This document shows positions 1 to 8,121 of a DNA stretch of 24,036 nucleotides, piece by piece. The notes under the pieces are model-generated. The model had not been told where the DNA came from, searched no databases, and saw nothing but the letters and a program-made list of their open reading frames with translations. The stretch comes from a virus (lineage: Duplodnaviria > Caudoviricetes): the IMG/VR virus record IMGVR_UViG_3300037882_000522, positions 1-24,036 of that record; one strand, given 5' to 3'. Position 1 is the first letter of the stretch. Each line of letters begins with the position of its first letter. The position numbers and the translations under genes were made by a program.

Positions 1-1
1 T

Positions 2-502
2 AAAAAATTTAGGGCAGCGCTCGCAGACAAAAGCGGCGATCTGTCGAGGGAGTTTCACGAGCAATACCCGCAGTTCTGCGAAAAAACATTAGATTATTTC
101 GAGCGCATGGGGCGATTCGCTGAAAATGCAGCGACACGCGACGATTTAACGGCGCACATTGACGCGGTAACTGATGTACTAAGCCGTCAAACAAGCCAAA
201 TAAATCTACATGACCGACGAATCAATGAGCTTGACTACCGCGTTAAACACCTAGAGCAATTAGCTACCCACACCAAAATCAGCGTGGACGCAAACACCGC
301 AATATCCAAACAAACATTACAGCTAGTCGAAATATCTAGCGCAAAAATAGATCAACTCACTGCATCGCCAATTAAATCACTGCCAGCCATCGCCTATCCT
401 ATTTTGGGCGTTATTGCGCTGGCATTAATCGCCGCAGCCAGTGGCCAAATGGCCGCGTTCATAGGCTGGCTTGGCACCATAAAAGTCTTTGGGGGTGTGT
501 AG
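2..502 (+). CDS. Coiled-coil protein with C-terminal transmembrane segment, lysis-module associated; probably 5'-truncated by the window
   Basis: The frame of ORF 107..502 is open back to base 2 (KKFRAALADKSGDLSREF...) and ATG107 lacks a clear SD. Heptad region HDRRINELDYRVKHLEQL and hydrophobic AIAYPILGVIALALIAAASG. Its stop overlaps the holin GTG start (TAGTG). Confidence 0.75.
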   Translation, partial: KKFRAALADKSGDLSREFHEQYPQFCEKTLDYFERMGRFAENAATRDDLTAHIDAVTDVLSRQTSQINLHDRRINELDYRVKHLEQLATHTKISVDANTAISKQTLQLVEISSAKIDQLTASPIKSLPAIAYPILGVIALALIAAASGQMAAFIGWLGTIKVFGGV

Positions 503-912
503 TGAATCCATTAGCTATTGTCGAAATTGGCGCGAAATTAATAGACAAATTGATCCCAGACCCACAAGCAAAAGCGGCCGCAAAGCTTGAGCTGCTGAAA
601 ATGCAGAGCGAAGGAAGCTTAAAGGAGGTTGAGCTGTCTCTAAGTGCGATAATCAGCGACTCAAAAAGCGCAGACCCGTGGACTAGCAGGGCTCGCCCAA
701 CTTTTCTTTACGTCGTTTATATTTTGATTTTGTGGTCGCTGCCAATGGGGGCCATGTTTGTGTTCAGCCCTGACGCAGCCGAACGGTTTACTAATGGCTT
801 TGGGTTGTGGCTTAGCTCGATCCCTGAGCCTGTTCTAACGCTGTTTGGCACGGTAATGCTGGGGTATATTGCTGGTAGGTCATTTGATAAAATTAAGGGG
901 GTGGCTAAATAG
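502..912 (+). CDS. Holin, 3-TM GTA-type (Holin of 3TMs for gene-transfer release-like)
   Basis: LIDKLIPDP..K..AKLEL N-terminus, W.SRARP.FLY motif, hydrophobic helices and basic C-terminus GY..GRSFDKIKG match this holin family as I recall it. Confidence 0.88.
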   Translation: MNPLAIVEIGAKLIDKLIPDPQAKAAAKLELLKMQSEGSLKEVELSLSAIISDSKSADPWTSRARPTFLYVVYILILWSLPMGAMFVFSPDAAERFTNGFGLWLSSIPEPVLTLFGTVMLGYIAGRSFDKIKGVAK

Positions 913-931
913 CCAGTAGTCGGCGCATGCC
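906..931 (+). repeat. Left copy of ~26-bp imperfect direct repeat (TAAATAGCCAGTAGTCGGCGCATGCC); contains the holin stop codon
   Basis: Matches 1268-1294 with a 12-bp identical core TAAATAGCCAGT, then 3 substitutions and a 1-nt indel. Confidence 0.8.
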
Positions 932-966
932 GGCGAGTGTCGTTGAGGCCTCAATCCTATCGCAGT

Positions 967-995
967 TTGCGGAACCGGCATAGAGCTGGTATAAT
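967..995 (+). promoter_or_regulatory. Sigma70-type promoter with extended -10
   Basis: TTGCGG (967-972), 17-nt spacer, TATAAT (990-995) preceded by TG at 987-988. Predicted start ~1001-1002. No ORF of 60 aa or more follows on this strand within the gap. Confidence 0.8.
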
Positions 996-1000
996 TGAGT

Positions 1001-1167
1001 TGGGGTAAGCGGCTCCCCCCTAATGAATTCGCCTGAAATGGCAAAGCGAGCGTGGGTTTCGGTTGGGCGCCCCATAGCGTGTTAAGTCACGAGGATGCAT
1101 AAATGCAAGTGGCTCGGAGATAGACGGAAGGCCGAGCAAACCGATGACAGCCGGAAAGACGGCACCA
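1001..1167 (+). ncRNA. Putative structured non-coding RNA (~165 nt), family not recognised
   Basis: Lies directly downstream of the promoter. Stems: GGGG/CCCC (1002-1018), TTCGC/GCGAG (1028-1050), and TCGGTT/AACCGA (1059-1064/1139-1144) enclosing CGTG/CACG, TGCA/TGCA and GCTCGG/CCGAGC. Terminal GCCG-GAAAGA-CGGC hairpin followed by ACCA (1164-1167). The 3' end is inferred. Confidence 0.65.
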
Positions 1168-1267
1168 TTCAATCAACTATCGGATAAGCCGCGGCAATTA
1201 ATGACATCACAGCTCAACTAATGTGTCGCATGCCGGCAAGCCAATTGATAAAGCCAAAAAGGCTGTA

Positions 1268-1294
1268 TAAATAGCCAGTGGTCAGTGCTATGCC
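1268..1294 (+). repeat. Right copy of ~26-bp imperfect direct repeat (TAAATAGCCAGTGGTCAGTGCTATGCC); contains the endolysin stop codon
   Basis: Matches 906-931; the copies are 362 bp apart. Confidence 0.8.
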
Positions 1295-1761
1295 TCTTCC
1301 CCAATAAACTTTTCAGCCATGCTTATATAATGCTCAACAGTGCCGGAACCTAGCTCGCTGTTGTAGTATTTTTTCCACATAGCAGCACGCTCAGCTCTCG
1401 TCATAGGTATTGCGGGCATCAAATAAACCTTTAGACGGCACCATATTGCCCCTACAAGAGGTGAGTATTCTAGGTCGCTAAACGCCACCCTGTTTATGTC
1501 GATATTGAACTCTGAAATCAAAGGCTTGACGAATCGCTGTGATCTGATTTTTGTATCAACAAACCCAACGCTATCAAATTGGAAAACACCCTTTCCTTGT
1601 TCGAAATGCCTGTCTCGCACGCTGCCTAAGCCTGTTTCGGCAGCCGCTATTTCTAGTAAAAATTTAGATGCAATAGAAACGTTTTTATTGTTGATAATTT
1701 CGCACGCACGATGAATGTGATTGTTTAATTCTTGCTCTGAGCTTAGCCCGTAAAAAATCAT
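1288..1761 (-). CDS. Putative endolysin, lysozyme-like/transglycosylase fold
   Basis: Helix ending in a catalytic-type Glu (EIAAAETGLG), G.GVFQ motif, A..CRL..Y..P.IP and WKKYYNS..G.GT...Y motifs. Adjacent to the holin. SD-like AGGGTG upstream of the ATG. Confidence 0.7.
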   Translation of the reverse strand: MIFYGLSSEQELNNHIHRACEIINNKNVSIASKFLLEIAAAETGLGSVRDRHFEQGKGVFQFDSVGFVDTKIRSQRFVKPLISEFNIDINRVAFSDLEYSPLVGAIWCRLKVYLMPAIPMTRAERAAMWKKYYNSELGSGTVEHYISMAEKFIGEEA

Positions 1762-1782
1762 ATTTGAACACCCTGGTTAACA

Positions 1783-1801
1783 TAGCCGCCCTCGGCGGCT
1801 A
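1783..1801. terminator. GC-rich hairpin, probable leaky intrinsic terminator after the tailspike gene
   Basis: Perfect 8-bp inverted repeat TAGCCGCC-ctc-GGCGGCTA. Weak U-tail on the minus strand (TGTT); GTATTTTTG follows on the plus strand. Confidence 0.55.
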
Positions 1802-1886
1802 GTATTTTTGCTATAAATTTATTCAATACAAAATCGCTCGATTAGTGTTTTTGTCGTCAATGTCATCACCTCAAATGCGAGCAAAA

Positions 1887-4586
1887 TTACACTGGGGTAT
1901 TTACAGTTGACCCGTCTGCGCTTTTCCATACGTCTGTAGATACAGCCCCGCTAGCGACTGAAATGGTGTCCAGAGTGTCATCATATGCCAGCTTTCCTTT
2001 AAATTTCCCGTTTGTGTTGATCGTATTTGCTGCCGAATTTAGCGCAGCAGTTGTTGTAATTTGCATGTATGACGATATTGTTACCCACGCAGCAGCAGTC
2101 AATAAGTTTGGGGTGTCTGAAATATAAACAAATTCCCTGTTTATCGGCCACGACGTTAAGTCTATGAATCGCGTACCTGATGACGCCCCAGCTTTATCTA
2201 ATGCTGGCAATGTGTAGCTTGCAAACTTTGACGTGCAATTGTTAAATTCATTATCATCAACAAGCCCATGCGACGATAGGAATTTGCTATTAAGCGAACC
2301 CTCAAAATCAATTCCCACCGAGCTCCCTCCGCCAAAAAACTTATTTCTTCGAATTTTATAAAATGATGAGTGGTCTAGCTCGATAGATTTTGACGTACTT
2401 TCTATGTGCGGGTTGTCTTCGATTAGCACAAATTTAACATCATTGAGCGCAATTGCGCGCGGCGCTTTTAATTTTTTGTTATGGTGTATATTAATCGCTT
2501 TTACTGACGCATCGTCAGGGGAATCGTGGACTATAGAAATCGCTGTATTTGTTGAGTCAATGTTGCAATATTTAATTTCTGTTGCTGCATTTTGGGTTGC
2601 GCCTTTCACTCGAACCCCGATATCCTGCCCCTCGAGTCTTACATTGTCAATAACGCAATCCTGCGTGTATTCCATTTTAATTGCTAAAAACGCATTGCTT
2701 CTTATGTCCCCGTTTGCAAAGTTATCTTGCTTGCAGGAAAACGCTAGGATGTTTGTTTTTTCCTGCGCCCCAAATGCGTCATCCATGTAACCGGTTTGTT
2801 TGAATCCGTTCCACGTTGTGCGTCTGGAGATGTAGCTAATAAGTATATTTCCGACGCAATGCCCCGTTACATTTGATACATTATTGTCAAAACTGTCGAA
2901 ATATGCGGCTACCCCTCCGTGGCAATTTCTGACCGTAATATTGTTGATATTATTATTGTAGCTGCCGTTTAGGTATGCACCAATTGAGTTGATGTTTGTG
3001 GAGTAATAGCCGTCAACTGTAACATTGTTAATATTGTTGTGGCATGCTCTGAGGTTTAGCAATAGCGCCGAGTCTCCCCCCTCCTTAAATTTAAGATTTA
3101 GGTCACTGATGTTATTGTGACAACAGAATGACTCAAGCCGTACGCCGTTAGATATTTTGCTATCGACTGAAATATTCGTTAGCGTGTTATAACAAGCCTT
3201 GTTGCTAAGCAAAATCCCTCTGCCACCGTATATTGCTATATTGCTGATTTTGGATTTTTTAATTTGATCAAAACTAACGCACTCCTTGTAAAATCCGGCC
3301 CCTGCATTTGCGCTGTCATCAATTGAAAAATCTCTGACGGTTAGGTTCTCAGAGCCTACAAGTTTTGTTACTCGGGGGGTATTGAATCCAACATAGCTGG
3401 CTTGTGCGTTTTCACCAGATAGCCCGCCGTACAACACAGGGGCAACCGGATACGCATAAAATGTAGACTGCTCAAACGTAAGCGTGGTTGACGTAAGGGC
3501 CCTGACTGTCATAACCTCTCCAGCCGCAAAGTCGTTGCCGTCAACGTTCCACACTGACGGATCGGAGCCTTGCTCAAGCTGCCGCCAGTGGTCACAGTAA
3601 CCGTTAAAAATAAAAACTAAATCCCCCTCAGCAAAACCGGTAGTGCTTGCTACTGTTACTGTGTACGAGTCGACAGAAACGTTAGCTGTAATTAAGCTCA
3701 TCGGGGTGCCGGCCGCTACAGTCTCATTGTAATACTGAGCAGTGTTATCAAATGACCGGAAACCTGCGCCTTTTTCGCAACGGATCCTAGCGTTAGAGGT
3801 TGGGCGCAACGTTGCTCTATGGCCAACGCCACGTAGCGTTTGTCCATCGCGCAACCAGATATCATTTGCAAAAGTGACAGTTGATGCAAAATAAACTATA
3901 TCTGATGAATCAAGTGCACTCTGCATAGCAGTGACAGAATCCACCGCGTTTGTAGTTCCGCATTGCTCAAAAAATACTGCACTGCAACTATGCTTTGCAT
4001 AAAACCCACCACCTAAATCATGGTTTCTTCCCTGCCAAATCCCGCCAACCAGCGTTGATAAATTACCAGGATTGACATTAGTTATAACGTAATCAGCACC
4101 GCCAGCGTTTGATGTTGTGTTGCTCACTACAGTAGAGACTTTGCGGCCAAGGTAGTCCGACCAAACAATTGAACCAATACCATTAAGCGGTGTGCCAGTC
4201 TTCATTGCCGCTACTGTGGCGAACTCTGCCGAAACGATAGATTGATAACCGTCACCCTCGTAATTGCTTATGTTATCGCAAACCCAAAGAGCGTTAGCGG
4301 TGTTGTCCGCGTCGGCGTCGGCGGCTGTTGCGTATAGTGCAGCCTTATAGCCACCGTCAACATACGGAACAAATACAGAATCATCATCAACAGAATTGGA
4401 GATTGGCTCGCCGCGAGTGTTAAGCTTGCATTTTGTTAAGCTTGAGCCTCCTATATCTAGCGTCCACATTAGTTTGTTAGTAGTGGTACCAACGTCATAA
4501 AGTTTAAGCCAGTATCCGCTGGCCGAGGCTCCGCCTGCATTTTTTGAATACTGGGGTGGTAATCCTGCGATTGAGCGCCTAGCCAT
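1887..4586 (-). CDS. Tailspike / receptor-binding protein with parallel beta-helix (putative polysaccharide depolymerase)
   Basis: 899 aa. N-terminal virion-attachment region (GYWLKLYDVGTTT...LNTRGEP), D...AMQSALD motif that typically precedes tailspike beta-helices, then many Asn-rich N.I.NI.V repeats. Position after the ejection genes as for P22 gp9. Confidence 0.88.
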   Translation of the reverse strand: MARRSIAGLPPQYSKNAGGASASGYWLKLYDVGTTTNKLMWTLDIGGSSLTKCKLNTRGEPISNSVDDDSVFVPYVDGGYKAALYATAADADADNTANALWVCDNISNYEGDGYQSIVSAEFATVAAMKTGTPLNGIGSIVWSDYLGRKVSTVVSNTTSNAGGADYVITNVNPGNLSTLVGGIWQGRNHDLGGGFYAKHSCSAVFFEQCGTTNAVDSVTAMQSALDSSDIVYFASTVTFANDIWLRDGQTLRGVGHRATLRPTSNARIRCEKGAGFRSFDNTAQYYNETVAAGTPMSLITANVSVDSYTVTVASTTGFAEGDLVFIFNGYCDHWRQLEQGSDPSVWNVDGNDFAAGEVMTVRALTSTTLTFEQSTFYAYPVAPVLYGGLSGENAQASYVGFNTPRVTKLVGSENLTVRDFSIDDSANAGAGFYKECVSFDQIKKSKISNIAIYGGRGILLSNKACYNTLTNISVDSKISNGVRLESFCCHNNISDLNLKFKEGGDSALLLNLRACHNNINNVTVDGYYSTNINSIGAYLNGSYNNNINNITVRNCHGGVAAYFDSFDNNVSNVTGHCVGNILISYISRRTTWNGFKQTGYMDDAFGAQEKTNILAFSCKQDNFANGDIRSNAFLAIKMEYTQDCVIDNVRLEGQDIGVRVKGATQNAATEIKYCNIDSTNTAISIVHDSPDDASVKAINIHHNKKLKAPRAIALNDVKFVLIEDNPHIESTSKSIELDHSSFYKIRRNKFFGGGSSVGIDFEGSLNSKFLSSHGLVDDNEFNNCTSKFASYTLPALDKAGASSGTRFIDLTSWPINREFVYISDTPNLLTAAAWVTISSYMQITTTAALNSAANTINTNGKFKGKLAYDDTLDTISVASGAVSTDVWKSADGSTVNTPV

Positions 4587-6973
4587 TATTTTCCTTCCTC
4601 GTCTTTAGTTAGCCATGGGACTAATCCACTGGCGGTAATTGCGGTAACGTCATTTTTGTCTAACTGACGTAAAAAAACCTTGTATTGATCGGACGACTTC
4701 AGCCTCGCTGCGGCTGCTCGATAGCTCGATGACCCTGTTCCGCTTCTTGCTGCATTGATTATCGCGTCCTTGAAGGCTTTTGAGTTAATCATTTGATCAA
4801 CGGCGTCCACTGCCGGAGTGCGCTCCTTCGCGAAAAGCTTGGCGACATTTCCGGCGAAAGTTGCGGATGAACCTACCCCTGGTACAGTTTGGTATTTGTC
4901 GGCCAAGCTATATAGCTTGGCGGCCAAGTCCGCTGTTTGATCAAGCCTTTTGTATGTATCTAGCTGTATTCCGGTTCTTATTCTATTGGCCTTGACGCTG
5001 GATACTCCCTGCGCTAGCTCGTAAATATTGTCGAGCCTTCTTACCGCTTCTGGCGGGGCAAACTGCTTAAGGCTCTTATATGCTGCGCTCTCACTTCCGG
5101 CCGGTGCTCTAGTTAGGTTTCTATACCATTTTGCGTACTGTGTCGCATCAAGCTGACGCGATGAGTCTCGGCCTCCTGTCAGCGCTCGATTTAGCGATGT
5201 GGCAAGAACCTTCTGGCGGTATTCTGGCGGTATTAACTCCATTTTTGCGCGAAAGTCGTTAACCTCGCCTGCGGAAAGTTTTGCTATCGCGCCATCAATT
5301 TGTGGGAATATGTTGCCCGTCAAATTGTCGCCCGCCAATGTTTTTGTTGCGTCCTGTAGGGCGAAACGCTTAGCACCAATTTTTTTAGCCTCTAGTAGCT
5401 GGTCCTTTAGCCCAAACTGTCCCGCTACGCCGATTCTAAGATCGCTCAGTTTTCCGTACAAGTCATTTAATACCGACAATCTAACATTGCTGTACACGCC
5501 AGTCTCCCGTCCAATCGCTGCACCTATATCCGCAATTGCGTCATCTAGGTTTGCATAACTCATTTTTCCTTTTCCATCCTTAACCAACTTGAATATGTCG
5601 CGCTCGGCTTTTGATAGGTTCTCTATTCCTCGCCTAGTGCGTACCCTTGACGAAAGCAGGTTTTTTAATGGTTTGGCGTTTACTATCAGATCGGCGCCAA
5701 TATTTTGGCGAATTTGCCCATAAAGCAAATCTTCCTCCCTTCTGATCTTTTTAATTGCGTCCTGCATGCCACCTATAACCTCAGAAGACATAGCGCCGCG
5801 ATCAATTGAGCCTCCCATGCCGCTAATCAGGTCGTCAGCCTTTTGCGACAACCCCTCGGTGAACGAGTCAAACACGGTCGAAGCTGTGGACGCTGGCCTT
5901 GCGGCAAGCGCACCATAAAGCTCCTGAGTGGCCCTGTTCTCAGACATAACACCAAGGGGCACGGCATCCGCATCAAGGCCCAATTCTCTCGCAGCCTGTG
6001 CACGTCTGGCGCTTGGGGCTGCCACTGCAACACTCTCCGCGATGTCTGCAGCCTGATTTGTTTCGGCTGCGTTGGCAAAAACTTTTGCTACGTCAGCGCC
6101 GGAATCGTCTGCGGCAGACGCTACGAAGTCGGCAAACGTGGTGTTATTTTGCTGAAGCAGTCGATTAAATCTAGCTGTCGGCCGCCCAAGATCATCAAGC
6201 AGCGCCCCAGCTGATGTATCACCTAGCCTAGCAGCAAGCGCGCCGCCAGCGCGACGCACGACAGGTATAAGAGCCTCAAGGCCACCGCCAATAAGGCCTC
6301 CAGCAATCGCGCTTTTAAGCACCTCAGCTTCGTTTCCGCCTGTACCTTTTGCAATTAAACCACCCTGTGCCGCGCCAGCGGCAGATTGGCCAACGACACG
6401 CCCAGCTATTGACGCTGGTGCGCTTGCGATAACAGAAAGAGGCAGAACTGGCAACGTTTGCCCAACAGCCCTGCCGACAATTGACGCCTTTGGATTTGTC
6501 AATTCTGTTTGAGCTTCGATGGCTCTAATTTCGTCTGATTTGTTTTTAGTGAACGGAAGTCCGGCCCAGATGTCAGTTAGCCCGGCGCCTATGTTAATCG
6601 CCGCAGCCTCGACCGAGCCCATTTCTCGGAGGGTCTTAGCCTGAAAAGGGTTTGTTTTTTCCAGTTCAGCAAGCTTTGCATCTCTGTCAATTTCCGATTG
6701 CTTTGCATTAACGCTCTGAGATTGCTGCGCCGCGTACGCCTGGGCCATTTGTGGATTTATCGCTAGAAGCTTGTCGTATTTCGATTGATCAAAATCAGAC
6801 GACTTCGGCGGCTCTTGCTCAGTGCTGATATCGGCCTCTACCGGCGCCCGCTTTCGTGCCTCGTACTGCTGTTTTGCAAACGCAAGTATCTTGGCTTTTG
6901 GCGCATCATCAGGCGCACGGAATTTTATTACCGATCCATCCGGCGCCTTAATTGAGTATTCTTTTATGGCCAC
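4586..6973 (-). CDS. DNA ejection (DNA transfer) protein, P22 gp16-like
   Basis: 795 aa, Ala/Gly-rich helical protein with a hydrophobic GxxxG-rich segment. Third of three ejection-type genes. GTG start overlaps the upstream TAG. Confidence 0.75.
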   Translation of the reverse strand: MAIKEYSIKAPDGSVIKFRAPDDAPKAKILAFAKQQYEARKRAPVEADISTEQEPPKSSDFDQSKYDKLLAINPQMAQAYAAQQSQSVNAKQSEIDRDAKLAELEKTNPFQAKTLREMGSVEAAAINIGAGLTDIWAGLPFTKNKSDEIRAIEAQTELTNPKASIVGRAVGQTLPVLPLSVIASAPASIAGRVVGQSAAGAAQGGLIAKGTGGNEAEVLKSAIAGGLIGGGLEALIPVVRRAGGALAARLGDTSAGALLDDLGRPTARFNRLLQQNNTTFADFVASAADDSGADVAKVFANAAETNQAADIAESVAVAAPSARRAQAARELGLDADAVPLGVMSENRATQELYGALAARPASTASTVFDSFTEGLSQKADDLISGMGGSIDRGAMSSEVIGGMQDAIKKIRREEDLLYGQIRQNIGADLIVNAKPLKNLLSSRVRTRRGIENLSKAERDIFKLVKDGKGKMSYANLDDAIADIGAAIGRETGVYSNVRLSVLNDLYGKLSDLRIGVAGQFGLKDQLLEAKKIGAKRFALQDATKTLAGDNLTGNIFPQIDGAIAKLSAGEVNDFRAKMELIPPEYRQKVLATSLNRALTGGRDSSRQLDATQYAKWYRNLTRAPAGSESAAYKSLKQFAPPEAVRRLDNIYELAQGVSSVKANRIRTGIQLDTYKRLDQTADLAAKLYSLADKYQTVPGVGSSATFAGNVAKLFAKERTPAVDAVDQMINSKAFKDAIINAARSGTGSSSYRAAAARLKSSDQYKVFLRQLDKNDVTAITASGLVPWLTKDEEGK

Positions 6974-8121
6974 TATTCGATCACCTCAAAGCCTTCAAAC
7001 TCATAAAATTCATCAGCAGAATCTTGCATTTCAGACTTCCTGCGCTTGCCTTCCGCGACCAAATCAGCAAGAGAATTTCCCTCATTAAGATATGTGACCG
7101 CATTCTCAAGGGCTTCTGCAGCTTTGGCTTGAGCCTCTTGGCGGTCTGTTATCCACTTGCGCAATGCCTTTGGCTCTTTTGTATCTGGCAGGGCGGTTGA
7201 CAGTGCCATGCGCAACTCCCCCTCAGACAGCGCCCCGAAGGTTGTCATACTGACAACATCTAGGCCAAGCCTCCCGCGAACATTATCAAGCGTTTTTGAG
7301 GCCTCGTTAATCGATGGCAGGTACGATTGAATTTTGCCTGTGTTGGCCCCCTCGTCAATAGCTTTAATTGCTTCGTCGTACGTTGAAATAAGCGATCGAA
7401 TTTTGCTGATCTTTGGAACCGCTTCGGAAATAAACCCTTGCGCCCCCTCTTGCTCTTTTTTAGCTCGAGTTGTCTCGGCCTCAATCTGAGGCTTAACGTC
7501 AAGCTCCTCATCCAAGCCTCCTCGCCGACGCTGGCCGTAAAGCTCGCGCTGTGCCCCAGCAAACTCCGATTCTGCCGCACGCAACTTCCCGCTCACCTGA
7601 TCTTGCGGGATTTCTTGGCCGTACTCAAAATACTTCACGCTGCCATCATTACCGTATTGCGCAGTAATTCGGCCTCCTGCCAAAGATTCAGAGCGCGTAG
7701 AGACCTGCCTTAGATCCTGCCCCGCGTTAACAATTGATGAAAATTGCGCGATTCCAGCATCAAGACTTTGATCATCTAATTGCAATTTATCAAATGAATC
7801 AGCGCCAACACCTAAGTCATCAAGCACGTCGCGATCAATAGTATTTAAGTATGTTCTACGCTGCGCAAGCGGTACAGATTTAAGTTTTTGCGCATAATTT
7901 AGTAGTACCCCAGCTTTGCGCATTGACTGCTGCTGTTCTTGCGCTTGCCGTTGTTGATCGATCTGTTGCTGTTGCTGCTGAACCCTGAGCTGGTTCTGCT
8001 GATTTATGAGTGGCGAGGCCCGCATAGAATCGTAAGCAGCGGTAGTTTCCTGCAGTATGCGCGGCACGTTAATGTCTGGCGTGCGGGCTGCCATCAATGG
8101 AATATTTGGATCAATTGGCAT
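6973..8121 (-). CDS. DNA ejection protein, P22 gp20-like position
   Basis: 382 aa, Gln-rich coiled-coil N-terminus, C-terminal FGALSEGEL motif common in podovirus internal proteins. Assignment rests largely on synteny. Confidence 0.7.
   Translation of the reverse strand: MPIDPNIPLMAARTPDINVPRILQETTAAYDSMRASPLINQQNQLRVQQQQQQIDQQRQAQEQQQSMRKAGVLLNYAQKLKSVPLAQRRTYLNTIDRDVLDDLGVGADSFDKLQLDDQSLDAGIAQFSSIVNAGQDLRQVSTRSESLAGGRITAQYGNDGSVKYFEYGQEIPQDQVSGKLRAAESEFAGAQRELYGQRRRGGLDEELDVKPQIEAETTRAKKEQEGAQGFISEAVPKISKIRSLISTYDEAIKAIDEGANTGKIQSYLPSINEASKTLDNVRGRLGLDVVSMTTFGALSEGELRMALSTALPDTKEPKALRKWITDRQEAQAKAAEALENAVTYLNEGNSLADLVAEGKRRKSEMQDSADEFYEFEGFEVIE

Noticed and set aside
9-194. 61-aa minus-strand ORF
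   Set aside because: Antisense to the open plus-strand frame 2-502, with no supporting features.
1001-1167. tRNA or tmRNA gene (5' GGGG, 3' ACCA)
   Set aside because: The 5' end does not pair with the bases before ACCA, there is no TTCRA T-loop or cloverleaf, and it is too short for tmRNA with no tag frame evident.
1168-1267. Integron attC site at the right of the RNA cassette
   Set aside because: It is a fold-back, but lacks properly placed RYYYAAC and GTTRRRY boxes.
1887-4586. Diversity-generating retroelement target, suggested by the BPP-1-like capsid
   Set aside because: No reverse transcriptase and no template/variable repeat pair are visible in the window, and the receptor-binding protein is a beta-helix rather than an Mtd-like lectin.
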